Source: Nemertoderma westbladi (taxonomy: Eukaryota > Animalia > Xenacoelomorpha). Taken from it: a stretch of DNA of 64,000 nt. The notes beneath the pieces are model-generated. The model was not told the DNA's origin. It made no database searches and saw nothing but the letters and a program-made list of their open reading frames with translations. Every line of letters starts with the position of its first letter. Positions within the stretch are counted from its first letter, which is position 1. The position numbers and the translations under genes are program-made. Shown here piece after piece: positions 1 through 12,480 of the stretch. The stretch spans positions 124,001 to 188,000 of the forward strand of contig JAUCBJ010009136.1 of NCBI GenBank assembly GCA_032718475.1. Direction: 5' to 3'.

Positions 1-135
1 TATATAATTGTATTTAGTAATACATAAATTTAATTTGGCGAATGACAACGAGTTATTTTAATAGATGGAGATTTAAACAGCAAATATTTTAGTAGACGAA
101 TTTGTAATATAATTAAATTAAAGGGTTAAAGTTTA

Positions 136-875
136 AAACATGGCCCCGTGCCTGGGTATTGTTCATGTAACCTCAAAGAGAGAAAAAAAGAAAACGTGGC
201 CCCGCGCCCGGGTAATATTCTTGTAACCTCAAAGAGAGGAAAACGTGGCCCCGCGCCCGGGTAATGTTCATGTAACCTCAAAGAGAGGAAAACGTGGCCC
301 CGCGCCCGGGTAATATTCTTGTAACCTCAAAGAGAGGAAAACGTGTCCCCGCGCCTGGGTATTATACATGTAACTGCAAAGAGAGGAAAACGTGGCCCCG
401 CGCCCGGGTATTATACATGTAACCTCAAAGAGAGGAAAACATGGCCCCGTGCCCGGGTATTGTTCATGTAACCTCAAAGAGAGGAAAACGTGGCCCCGCG
501 CCCGGGTATTGTTCAAGTAACCTCAAAGAGAGGAAAACGTGGCCCCGCGCCCGGGTAATGTTCGTTTAACCTCAAAGAGAGGAAAACGTGGCCCCGCGCC
601 CGGGTATTATACATGTAACCTCAAAGAGAGGAAAACATGGCCCCGTGCCCGGGTATTGTTCATGTAACCTCAAAGAGAGGAAAACGTGGCCCCGCGCCCG
701 GGTATTATACATGTAACCTCAAAGAGAGGAAAACGTGCCCCGCGCCCGGGTATTATTCATGTAACCCCAAAGAGAGGACAAAATGTGGCCCCGCGCCCGG
801 GTATTATTCATGTAGCCCCAAGGAAAGAAAAAAATAAAAAAAAAATAAAAATAAAAATGTGGCCCGCGCCCGGGT
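136..875. repeat. 49-bp tandem repeat, about 15 copies
   Basis: Unit aaaacgtggccccgcgcccgggtattatacatgtaacctcaaagagagg recurs every 49 bp (e.g. 191, 240). Confidence 0.92.
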
Positions 876-899
876 GGACAGCCAATAGCCCTGATTGAT

Positions 900-2750
900 A
901 TTGTTAGTCTGGAAACTGACCAGGATTAAATAAGAGATCTTTCTTTATCACTTTTAAAAAAATATGTTTACTTTTAATTTCCCTATATGAATTGGCCAGA
1001 GCATTCCACAGGCGGGGTCCTTGGAATGAAAGAGATTGTTCTGCAACACGTAGCCTAATGTGAGGAGGATGAAATAAGCCAGATGCCGAAAAGCGAGTAT
1101 TGTATGAATGGATTGAAGACGCTCTATGAAATAGAGGCTCAAGGGGAGTTGGGATGTTGTTATGTACATCAAACATAATATTATAGACTTGATATTTATA
1201 TAATTGATCTAAAGGGAGTATATTAAGTTGTTGATAGATAGGGAGTGAAGATGATTGCCAATGGCTGAAGGTGATTACTCGAAGTGCTTTGTTAATTTTG
1301 ATTCTAAGTGGTTTTAAAATCGACGGAGATGTACTTCCCCACACGACAATGGCGTATTGTATATAGGGATAAATAAGAGCGAAAAATAGGGTACGGAGAA
1401 TATAAAGTGGAAAAATGTGACGAAGCCTATAAAATATACCTGCAGATTTGGAAATCTTTTTTAATATGAAAGATATGTGTTCTTTAAAATTTAGTTTACT
1501 GTCAATCAGAACACCCAAGTACTTAGTATATGCGACCTGGGAAATTACAGAATCTTTAATTTTTACCTTAGGTAGTGTATCTTGACAGAGCGATGAGTTT
1601 GTAAACAGGGTGTACTCGGTTTTTTTAAGGTTCAATGAGAGCTTATTATCCTCCAGCCAGTCAACAATATCGGTTATATCATGATTTACGGAGTTAATTA
1701 ATGATGGTAAATTATTTAGAGATTTTATTAAACTAGTGTCATCAGCAAATAGTGTTGTCATAAAATGTGAGGCATTTGGAAGATCGTTTATATATATAAG
1801 AAATAAGATAGGTCCAAGGATGGATCCTTGGGGAATACCACAGATTACCGGTAGGGGCGTCGAGTTACATCTGTCTACAGTAACAAACTGGGTGCGATTG
1901 GCAAGATAATCAGAAAATAGTTGCAATGGCATACCCCTGATTCCGTAACTGCTGAGTTTTTTGACGAGTATGCTATGATCCAGCGTATCAAACGCTTTTT
2001 TAAGATCTATAAAAATTGTGCAAGTTGACATTTTATTATCTAGAAAATCGCGCAATTTTTCGACAATATCAAGAATTGCAAATGAAGTGGTATATTTTTT
2101 CCTAAAGCCGTACTGGCAACTGTTTATTATTAAATATTTGTCCAAATAAGATGACAGCTGTACATATATAATGCGTTCAAACACTTTGCTTAATACCGGT
2201 AACAATGAAATAGGGCGATAGTTGGTTGTGAGACATGGGTCACCAGCTTTATAAACGGGGGTTACTTTTGCTTCTTTGAGAGAATTTGGAAAAAAACCGT
2301 GTTTGATACTCAAATTTATTAATTCGGAAATATGATTACACAATATATGGGCAGCAGTTTTTATTAATTTGGTTGGACATTTGTCATTTGAGGCTGAGGC
2401 ATCATTTAATTCTAATAAATAATATTGTACTTCAACTGGTGTAGTTTTAATAAGTGCAAACGAATTTGATTTGTTGTGCTTAATATGACGTGAGGGACAG
2501 CGAGGCGAGGAAGGGATTGCACTAGAGAGCGCGGGACCTATAGATGTAAAAAATGAATTAAAAGATTCCGCCATAGTAGTAGGGTCTGTAATTATTGAAT
2601 TATTATTATTAATGGACACTGAAAGTTTACGCGGGATGCAATTTTTTGATTGACGGCCCAAGGCACCGTTTATTGTTCGCCATGTTTTCCGCATGTTAAA
2701 TTTATTTTTTAAAAATTGTGATGTATAAAATTCTCGCTCGGCTGTCCTAC
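900..2750 (-). mobile_element. 5'-truncated CR1/L2-group LINE (RT domain and C-terminus)
   Basis: The 596-aa ORF 904..2694 carries NYRPISLL, QYGFR, FIDLKKAFD, GIPQGSILGPILFLIYINDL, LFADDT and KYLGV. No endonuclease or ORF1 is present. Homology appears to continue to about 2750. Confidence 0.92.
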
Positions 2751-2781
2751 GTATATTATATATTCGTCTACACGACGTGTC

Positions 2782-3335
2782 TTAACCCCCCCTTTCGGAG
2801 GTGATATGACTTGTCTCTCCCAGTCTCGCCCCCCACTTGAATGAATCCACAAGTACCGCACCGTATTCCTCTCGGAACTTGTCCCACTCCATCGGCTTGT
2901 GGCACGTGAGTCCCATCAACAGACCCACCGCCACAGCTCCGTATTGTCCTATGTTATCCACCAATCCTAATCCATCAGGTTTCGTGATAGCCATGTAGAC
3001 TACCTGCATGTCCAGAAGATTTGGGGTGCCCGGTCCAATAATCCTCTCTGCATTGCCGCGTATCGCCGATCCAATCTCGATCGTAGTCTTTGACCTTATC
3101 AGCTTCTGTATCGCATCCAGTAGTCGGTTCAACTTTGGCCCGGTCTTCTTACCATAGGTAACAGAAAAATATATCCGTTCACCGCCACTAAATGCAGCAA
3201 TATAGTTATACTCGGCCCTCCTGACTGACCCCTTTCTTGTCCTACCATCATCATCTACTATCTCCACGACATCTGAGACCATATATCCACCCCTCTCCAC
3301 GGAATACGATAAACTCCTTCATAGTTTCTCCGCCA
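2782..3335 (-). pseudogene. Unknown ORF with weak resemblance to a DEDD 3'-5' exonuclease fold, probably cargo of the BEL/Pao-derived element
   Basis: The 172-aa ORF has segments LIRSKTTIEIGSAIRGNAERI / NLLDMQVVY / LLMGLTCHKP, reminiscent of WRN/EXD-type domains. There is an in-frame stop just upstream, and the ORF ends in a polypurine tract (gaaagggggg on the - strand). The fold call is a by-eye resemblance only. Confidence 0.35.
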
Positions 3336-3674
3336 TCACGATTCTCCTCTCTCGCCAGACTGGTGGTGCCTTAGAAAGGCTCAGTAGGGCAAGATATAAC
3401 TAAGTATGGTCTTAATTAGTTTAAATCAGTGATGGCCTACCTCCTATCTGTTCAAACTATGTGTTCACTCCCCAACCCCAACTGACGTGCTATTACATTA
3501 TCCACTACTCAATTATTATGTAAGTAATAAGTAATAATATGTAAGAAGACTAGCTACAATTTTCTTACTCTTGTACTAGCTTCCTACCAGACAACCTTCT
3601 GGCTCGGTAGCAATGTTCTAACTCCGCACTACGGGCTATGCGCTACAGTAGTCTAGTTCTATTCTACCATGCCC

Positions 3675-3829
3675 ACATATCCCCCTCAACTCCTCACGTG
3701 GCGCCCTCAGTGCCCACAAGTTCACGGTACTATGTTCCCTTCAACTATGGTATGCGTACATACCCCCCCCCCCCTCAACTCCACATGGCGCCCTCAGTGC
3801 ACACAAGTTTACGGTACTGTGTACCCTTC
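3675..3829. repeat. ~84-bp tandem repeat, left part (about 2 copies)
   Basis: Same unit as 8862-9257 (ccccctcaactcctcacgtggcgccctcagtgcccacaagttt...). The array is split by the Gypsy element. Confidence 0.85.
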
Positions 3830-3995
3830 TGTTAGATATAGTTAGATCATGCAAAAAGGTAAATTAAGTTTATCCTGTATATCGGTAATCCCGTAGTATA
3901 TTAGTCGTACTTATCCTAAGCTAGAATACATTTTGAATTTCCCGCCACCTGCATTTAAATGTTACATAAACATAATAAGGGTAGAACCCACCAAC
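3830..3995 (-). repeat. 3' LTR of Gypsy element 1 (distal end altered)
   Basis: Follows the PPT aaaggggggag; the core matches the 5' LTR but the last ~17 nt are replaced. Confidence 0.85.
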
Positions 3996-6900
3996 TCCCC
4001 CCTTTAAGATTGAGTTTGTCTAACGAGATCGGAGTCAGTATTTTGTAGAGTCATAACGGACGGGCTGGTGTCGAATTCTACTACTCCTATGTAACATGGC
4101 GGTAGGAGGCTCATCTTTCTGGAATACCACAACATCCGTTGCTGGGTTAAGAGTGCATTTATTTTTCTGATTGTTGTTCGGTGGAATTCTATTTTTATGA
4201 TTTTCTTTTAGTATACCCTTTGGGAGTAATCGTGCTGAATACTTCATTTGCAGTTCCTGTTCCAGAATATTACATCGAATATGGCGATGGTTGCGCCACA
4301 GAACACGGCCACTTGGTAAACATATATGGTAATTGCGGCCACTGGCTCCTATAATAGAACCAGTACGATCCAACAGTTTAGTCTTTGCATTCTGAATGTG
4401 AACCGGTGTATGTACAGTTAGGGCCTTTAGTGGACGGTTCTGGATTTGGGGAGGGGGTGTCACCATAGTGTCAAGAGTGTCGAGATGTTTGGTCCACTGA
4501 GATGAAAAATTTGTATGGTGAGAAGGCACACGTGTCCTAGTTTGGCGTCCGAACACAAGCTCAGCGGGAGAAAATCCATTTACCCGTGGCGTATCGCAGT
4601 TCGAGTAAACCTTTATGGAAACTATCAGTTTGTATATCCCCATGATGTGATGCTGTGGCGACCAGGTGTTTGAGTGTTTTAACAGCCGACTCAGCGAGTC
4701 CGTTACTTTGAGGGAAATGAGGGGCAGAGAACGACTGATTGACTCCCCAATCCTGGAGGAATGATCGGAATTCCGCCGAATCGAATTGTGGACCTCCATC
4801 AGTCCGCAGTTTAATGGGAATTCCCAGGTTACTGAAAAGACGGCGAAGTACTGTAGCAACTTTTGCAGAATTAGGGTCATGCCGTCCGAATGCATGGATT
4901 TCAGGCCATTCTGAAAAGCGGTCAATATATGCTAAATAATGTTGACCTGCGTAGCTGAAAAGATCCAAACCAACCTCTGCGAATGGATGTGTAGGTTGAG
5001 GGTCAGAAAGTAAAGGCTCCGGTGGTAAAGATGGTTTACGTTGTTGACATGGCATACATTTCCCAACTTTGTTTATTATGTCCACGGTTAAACCGGGCCA
5101 GAATACAGTTTGATGTGCTCGTCGTTTAGAACGTTCAATCCCCTGATGAGATTGATGTAAAAGTTCTAGAATGTGGCAACATTGAGATTGTGGAATAACA
5201 ATACTGGATAAATACAGGACAAGCCCATCATCAACTGACAAATCATCTCGTAATTTCCAATATGGTTGTAGATCGTGAACTAAGTTCGTCGGCTTTGCTG
5301 GGAATCCATTCTGGATTAGATAGATCAGTTTCTGGTATTCTGGATCCAAAATGGCCGCTTGTTTTATACTTTCTATATTTGGGTCATTGAGGGAAGAATT
5401 TGAGTTGCTGTCGGCTAACGCATTGACAGTGGCATTAATATGGGCACACATGTAAGTGTTGATCTCCTGTTCGGTAGTGACATCATCTGGGGTTGGAACA
5501 TCGTCTGGGGCGAGAAAGCGCATCTGGTATGTAATGGGTTTTACCTTTCTTCCATTCGACATGGAAGGAATAAGATAAGAGTTTTTCCTTGAGACGCCTC
5601 AGCCTCGGATTGTCGATGTTGTCAAGAGTTTTTTCGTTTAGAATTGCTAGAAGCGGTTTGTGATCACTCACAATAATGAAATGTGGAATGCCGAGTAGAT
5701 ATATATGACATTTCTTAACGGCCCAAGCAATGGCAAGTGTTTCGAGTTCGATGACTGCGTATCGTGACTCAGTGTCTGTGAGGAATCGTGATCCACACTG
5801 GATAAGATTAAGGTGCTTTGAGGATGTCGGTTGTAGTAAAACAAAACCGAGTCCTTTCAACCTAGAGGCGTCAGTATGAAGTTCTACTGGAAGATTTGGA
5901 TCGAATGAAGTAAGAATCGGCGGGGAAACTAGAGCCAGTTTAACATCATTGAAGGCATTGGTGTGGTTGGGATCCACTGGAAGACGTTAGCTTTCTTAAG
6001 TAGTGGGCGTAGTGGTGCTGCAGCAGCACTTACCTTACTCGAAAATGAACCAAGCTGGTTCACAATTCCAAAAAATGATCTGAGTTCTGATATGTTTATT
6101 GGAATTGGAAAATTAGATATAGCAGAAATTTTAGTTGGATCTGCCTCTATTCCATTAATACTGACTCTGTATCCAACATAGTCAACAGTGGCTTTGGCAA
6201 ATATGAATTTCTTTGGATTCAATGTGATTTGATGAGTGCGGCACCGCTGTAGAACCTCAATAATTCGTTCTACATGGTTGGGAAAAGAACCAGTGTGGAC
6301 CAACATGTCGTCCACAACTTTCTCGAGGTTGTCAATGTCAATCCCCTGTATAGCAAGATCTCCATGACGACTATATTCATCCCCTGTTGATATCAACCCC
6401 ATAGGAGCCCGCAGGAATTTAAAACGTCCTTGGGGACAGATAAAAGTTGTGAGAAACTGACTGGCAGTGTCGAGGGGAATCTGCCAATAGCCCTTAAGTG
6501 CATCGAGTGTTGAAAAATAACGATCATCTCGATGGATAGAATCAACAGCGTCCTTTGGAGTCCGTAGAGGATGATATGGACGCGCGCAGAAAGAATTGAG
6601 TTTAGTAAGATCTACACATATCCGCACTTCCTCAGGTGAGTGTGATTTTTTGGTGACAACCATCGGATGGCACCACTCGGTAGGGACGTCGCCAACACGT
6701 TCAATTATACCTTTCTCCACCATGGATTCAATTTTGAGCTTGGCCTTCTCTCTAAGAGCAAATGGAACTTGACGAGAAGTGGTTAAAGAGAAAGGAATGT
6801 TGTTTGGTTGAAGATGAATATTCATTGGTTTGCCTTGCATAGGCTTGATATGTTCCACTGTGGAGAAAACATCTGGGAATAGTTCTAAAATTTGGTTACG

Positions 6901-8685
6901 TATTGAATCAATGTCTGACTCAGAGGGATTTTCTGGAATTGTGCGTAGCTGATCACAATATTGAATGGAGTGTTCTAATTGGACATTGCAGATTTGTGTG
7001 GGAAAGTCAGTTGGAATGATTTTGAGATCTCGACAAGTTACCCAACCAAGAAGAAATCCATCAGACTTTCCAATCACGTGTATAGTTGTCACAGAGGTAT
7101 AATTTCCAAGTGTAATAGAGCAGGGAAATTGTCCAAGAACCTTAAGCGAATGATGTCCGAAACTGTTAAGTGGAAGATTGCTGGGTTCCAAGTCAGACAA
7201 TTGGAATCCAAGTTTGTTAAATACAGAATCGGACATTATGTTTGTTGGAGAGCCAGTGTCTGGTAGAGCCTTGATATTATCTACCTGGATTCCTACTGAG
7301 AAATTAAAAGGGTCGAGGGAGACTATAACTTCTGGTGTAGGCTTTTCATCAGAGTTATAAACATGATTTACTGAGGATTCGATGTAACCAACATTGGAAG
7401 ATGGGGTTTTCAAATACGTTTTATCCCATTTCGAACTACAAACTTTGGCCCAATGTCCGGTCTTTTTGCATAGGGAACAGGTTGATTCGTTTGCAGGGCA
7501 AGTGGACATGTCCTTATGTAGGTCATTACCACACCGTAGACATTTCTTCCTTAAATGTTGTGGAATCCCGTCACGGGACTTACTATGATATTGAGGCCGT
7601 GACCTGTCTGGCGAGTTCCTCCGACACTCTTTCTGTGTTTTGTAAGTATTACCTTTTATACGGTTTACTGTAGCTCCTGGGTTGGCGAATTTATGGCCGG
7701 CCTCCTCCCGGCGGCAGAATGCGATGACGTCATCAAGGTGTGGGTATGGACGAATCACCATGAGGCGTCGGCGGATCTCCTCGTCTTGTAGCCCAACACG
7801 TATTCTGTCTGCCAGACTTTGGTCGAAGCAATGGTTGCAAAGTTCGGCATCCTGCCCTAGGTTCCTTAAGGCTAAGAGAAATTGGTCGAAAGTTTCTCCG
7901 GGCGTTTGGATTCGGCGTTCGAAAGCTTCGCGTTCACACCCTAAATCACGTTTTTCTTGGAAATAAGTTGCAATTGCATCGAGTCTGTCATTGATTGATA
8001 TCGCATTTCCCGGTTCGGCGGGTTGGACGTTGATGTGCAACAGAACGTCCTGTACATCTTGGTGTAAAGCGCGACGGAATGCCGCTAGTTGCTCCGGAAC
8101 CGGGAATTCTACAAGATGTACGAGAGTTGCGTAGTCGTCCCAAGTTGTACGCCAACGGCGAAATGCTCCAACCGATGTATTCAGGTTTAAAATCGACGGG
8201 GGGTGAGAGGCAGCTGATCTGGCGAGATCATGACGAGGTAGATGCGGTTGAGTCGGCCTAATGTCGGCAGGAACATTGGGAGGAACGCGATGTATATGCC
8301 CCATTATTTGTAGCATCTCTGCACGTTCAGTGCGACGTCGCTGTTCGTCCTCTGCACGTCGTTGTTCCTCGCGTTGTTCCCGGCATTCTTCCATCTGCAT
8401 AAGGAATTTTGCCAGGTCGGTTTGTTGAGGAGGATCCTCGGCTTCGAACTCGAGGATTCTGTACAGCTGTTTGCGTAAATTAGCTGTCGATGTGCGAGGA
8501 TTAAACTGTAAACCGGCATTTGTACAGTGGATTTTTAATGCGGCTCGGTCAAGTTCATCTATTTCGTCCGCAGTGAGGTCCAAGTAATCCTCTGGGTTAA
8601 TAGCTTCCGCCATTTATTGTATTCGTAATTGAATTAGAAAATAAAATAATTCAAATACAAGTAATTTACTTTACTCGCAGCGCCA

Positions 8686-8861
8686 TGCTGTGATCTTAAT
8701 AATATAGTTAGATCATGCAAAAAGGTAAATTAAGTTTATCCTGTATATCGGTAATCCCGTAGTATATTAGTCGTACTTATCCTAAGCTAGAATACATTTT
8801 GAATTTCCCGCCACCTGCATTTAAATGTTACATAAACATAATAAGGGTAGAACCCACCACA
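8686..8861 (-). repeat. 5' LTR of Gypsy element 1
   Basis: TG...CA on the - strand, followed directly by the PBS; direct repeat of 3830-3995. Confidence 0.85.
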
Positions 8862-9257
8862 GTATGCGTACATACCCCCCTCAACTCCTCATGTGGCGCC
8901 CTCAGCACCCACAAGTTTATGGTACTGTGTACCCTTCTGCTATGGTATGTGTACATACCCCCCCTCAACTCCTCACGTGGCGCCCTCAGTCCCCACAAGT
9001 TTAGGGTACTGTGTACCCTTCTGCTATGGTATGCGTACATACCCCCCCTTATCTCCTCACGTGGCGCCCTCAGTCCCCACAAGTTTAGGGTACTGTGTAC
9101 CCTTCTGCTACGGTATGCGTACATACCCCCCCCCCCCCCTCAACTCCTCACGTGGCGTCCTCAGTGCCCACAAGTTTATGGTACTATGTACCCCACTACT
9201 ACGGTATGCGTACATACCCCCCTCAACTCCTCACGTGGTGCCCTCATTGCCCACAAA
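8862..9257. repeat. ~84-bp tandem repeat, right part (about 5 copies)
   Basis: The gtggcgcc-type motif occurs at 8893, 8977, 9061, 9152 and 9235. Confidence 0.9.
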
Positions 9258-9499
9258 TAGTGCGTATGTAAATTAGGTATGTTGATACATTTTTGTACCC
9301 GTCCGACGTACGTAATTATAACTACCTACACCTATGTATTATGTACATTGGTACGTCTGTACCCATCTGACGTACATAATGCCTACCTACAGCGTACCTT
9401 GGTACTAGTGTTTTACTTATTTTATTTTTATTTTTATTTTGTTTACTGTGTGGGAAGGGCGTCTTACCCTCATTCCCACCTCCCTCAATCCAATATATT

Positions 9500-10871
9500 G
9501 GACGACTCAACTACCTAAGGGTGATTCCTCCAGCAGGCAACTCTCCCACTGCCCCCCTGTAGTTCCTCTTATTCTCCGCCCCACTCTCCTTATCGATTCC
9601 AAATCTCTTGGATCTGACTTTCCCTTCTCCTCCACCCTAAGATCGTCGATCCATCTCCTCACAGACTCCAAATCGTCCCCTGGCAGCTAAAGGCCACCCT
9701 TCATCTTGTCGTCACTTGGCGGTAGAATGCCGCCCTTCTTGTCATCCTCACTGGTACATGCCACCTCTGCTGGCCTCCCCCTCAATATGTGCGCCGGCGT
9801 TAAAGCCCCCGATGACCCTTGGTCATCCTTCAGTACGCATAATGGCTTACCATTTAATGCCCCTTCGCACTCTGCCAGCCCCGTGTGCAACACGTCTCCT
9901 CTAACTTTCCTGTCTCCTTTGTCACCCTTCGTCATCAGCTCCTCTCCCTTTGGATTAACCTTCTTACATCCTCTCCCTTTCCACCTTGTCTTCTTATTCG
10001 ACCTCCTCTCTATCGGTATGCTTCTTAATTGGACCAGACATCTCTCCGGATGGCTCGCCGTCCACTCTTCTCCATCCTCATACCGATACTCGCCAGGAAC
10101 ATCTATCTTCCATCCCATCGCCTCTAGGTCCTGTGTGTCGAACCCATTCTCCTCCGCCCACTCCCTTGCTGTTACTTGTCATCATGTCTCCTCTACCAAC
10201 GGTACTTCTCCGGATTCGTCCTCCACCCTTTCCATTATACGTGGATCCAGATCCATACCCATCCCCGACTCCTGGTGTCCTTCCCCGGGCTGCTGCTCAT
10301 ATGGGACCTCCCCATCGCCCGTCTTTGACTTCTGCTCGGGCCGTTTCCCATATGGGACCTCCCCATCACCCGTCTTTGACTTCTGCTCGGGCCGTTTCCC
10401 ATATGGGACCTCACCATCATCACCCGTCTTTGACTTCTGCTCGGGCTGCTTCCCATATGGGACCTCCCCATCACCGGTCTTTGGTTTCTGCTCTATGTCC
10501 TCAACGGTACAGGACAGCATGCATCATGATGTTTCGGATACGCCAAACGGTGTCCTCGTCTTAATTGGGCCAGTGAGCGTCCACCCAAATGGCGTGAGAA
10601 TGACCATCGGGTCTCGCTCCCTGTCATCACCGAAAATGGTTTGTAGCCTCTCGTGGGCTGTCGGACAATCCATGCCGACTATGAGAGACACTTTTGGGAC
10701 GTCCAGTTCCGGTACGGAAAAGTCGATGTCGTCTAGGTACAGGTACTGCTCGATCTCGATCTTCGTAGGTCGCCTGGCGTTAATGTTGATCGACTCTATT
10801 ATCTGAATGGGTTTGATGGTAGCCCCATAGTCGCACCCTGGCGTAACTATATTGACTGTGCTAGTGGTCAT
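9500..10871 (-). mobile_element. Degenerate, internally deleted BEL/Pao LTR retrotransposon
   Basis: 10524..10871 has SLIVGMD...PMVILTPFGWTLTGP (Pao protease-adjacent LLIG.D...T.LGW...G motif). 9687..10118 has LAECEGALNGKPL...ALTPAHILRGRP (end of the Pao integrase core). No RT or RNase H lies between them. Confidence 0.75.
10295..10495. repeat. 51-bp tandem repeat, about 4 copies, inside the Pao remnant
   Basis: Reads as the 17-aa unit KTGDGEVPYGKRPEQKS on the - strand. Confidence 0.85.
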
Positions 10872-11490
10872 AGACCTCTACTGTGTGTTGAGGAACTAAG
10901 GTACGTGCATATGTTCAAGTTGAAGTAAACTGAATATGTTTTTCAATATTTTGTCCACTCTCCAAATGTTATCGGTTACCATGGCAACAGAGGCAAACTT
11001 GCATGGTCGGAAAGTAATTGTCTGGACTTGGCAACATGTAAGTCACTAGATCCAGAATGGAATTTTTTTTAGATAGTACGGAACTATAATAAATTTGGCA
11101 GAATATATTAGTGACTTGTTACCATGGTTACAAGACTACCACAGGTCCATTTAAATTGGTCCTATACTAGAAATCAAGAGGGTCTCAGGGATAATATATT
11201 TATAATGTTAGATGATTTTTCCAAATGGGGAACAATTATTAATCAATGGTTTTATATTTTTCGGATATTTACTGAAAATCGGCGTTTGAAAATCGTTTTT
11301 AAAACAGTTTCCATGGTAACCGGGTTTAACAAATGACGTAATGGAATCTCTGTTGCTGATATATAGGGGTAGGTTAAGGTTAGAAGACTGTAGGTTTATT
11401 GGATTGTGGACTTTTGTAGATGACCTCCTGTTGTCATGGTAATATGGCACCGATAAATAATGTTTCAAAGCAAATAATTTTTATATTTAC

Positions 11491-12092
11491 TTATATTCTT
11501 TAGCTACAAGCGTTTGAAAAGGTGTCTCCGTCGATATTGAACAAGTTACACCGCAGTTATTCTTCAATCTTCCACAGTTATTTATAGGTACAGTTACAAA
11601 GCTGGCCATGCAAGGATTCTAAATATGTATCGCAATCTGAATTTCATCGTAAAATACAGTAGCTAAGATATAAACGTTCGAAAGTAGCATGGTTTTGCGC
11701 ATGCGCGAGGCTATTTTATTCTATTTAATAAATACACCGTATTCTGGAACGCTTTGTTTGTGTATGAATAGCTACAGAATAGTATGATTATAGAGTTATT
11801 GCATTGTTGCCCAGCTACGTATGGGATAAACAAAGTCTTCTAGAAAATTGTGTATTTATTAAATAGAATAAAATAGCCTCGCGCAGGTGCAAAACCATGC
11901 AACTTTAGAATGCCCATATCTCAGCTTTTTTACGATGAAATTCAGATTGCGATACATATTTAGAATCCTTACTTTGCCCGGTTTCTAACTGTACCTATAA
12001 ATCACTGTGGAAGATTGAAGAATAACTGCGGTGTAACTTGTTCAATATCGACGGAGACACCTTTTCCAAACGCTTGTAGCTAAAGAATATAA
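11491..12092. mobile_element. Foldback/MITE-like element with ~250-bp inverted arms
   Basis: The left arm ttatattctttagctacaagcgttt...aataaatacac (11491-~11738) is the reverse complement of gtgtatttatt...aaacgcttgtagctaaagaatataa (~11850-12092), with few mismatches. Confidence 0.88.
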
Positions 12093-12315
12093 AAATAAAT
12101 AAAGATATAAAAATTCTGGCTCACCCACTAAGTGGTGGGAGGTGAAATTATATCTCTCTCAAATTTCATGCAATCTCATGTACCTGAATAACGACACTAT
12201 ATTCCAGGACGTGGTGTATTAATATACTAATTTTCAACTCCCTCCCAGTCGGTGCAGTTTTATCATGTTGGAGATTATTTACATTTCCCCAGTTTTATTT
12301 TTTTAAATATTACAG

Positions 12316-12480
12316 TTCCAAGTGGAAGGAGGCCACATATCCCACTATCTTCTCGAGAAGACCCGCGTCTGCATTCAAGCGAAGGACGAAAGGAATTACC
12401 ACGTATTCTACCGGCTGTGCGCAGGGGCCCCTAAGGATCTACAGAAGAAACTCAAACTCACTTCACCCGATAGCTTTACG
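12316..12480 (+). CDS. MYO6: Myosin VI motor-domain exon A ([18 protein letters not shown]...[13 protein letters not shown]...PDSFT)
   Basis: Acceptor tattacag, donor gtaaga, 165 nt, phase 0/0. It has the myosin LLEK/ERNYH motifs and closely matches remembered MYO6 sequence [30 protein letters not shown]. Confidence 0.92.

Larger units (their letters stand above)
3830..8861 (-). mobile_element. Near full-length Gypsy/Ty3 LTR retrotransposon (Mag-like), frameshifted
   Basis: LTR cores look identical at about 3837-3993 and 8702-8858. The PBS tggcgctgcgag is at 8685-8674 and the PPT at about 3996-4005. Gag-pol 5929..8613 has two Zn knuckles, a protease DTG and RT VVDD. RNase H (DASR) is at 5483..5977 and the integrase HHCC/DDE at 4561..5562. 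There are three frameshifts. Confidence 0.95.

Noticed and set aside
8862-9257. HDV-like ribozyme in the 84-bp repeat (ctcctcacgtggcgcc resembles P3/L3)
   Set aside because: No complementary P1 partner or J4/2 motif was found by eye.
9706-10806. 366-aa Ser/Pro-rich + strand ORF
   Set aside because: It is the antisense shadow of the purine-rich Pao remnant and has no recognisable motifs.
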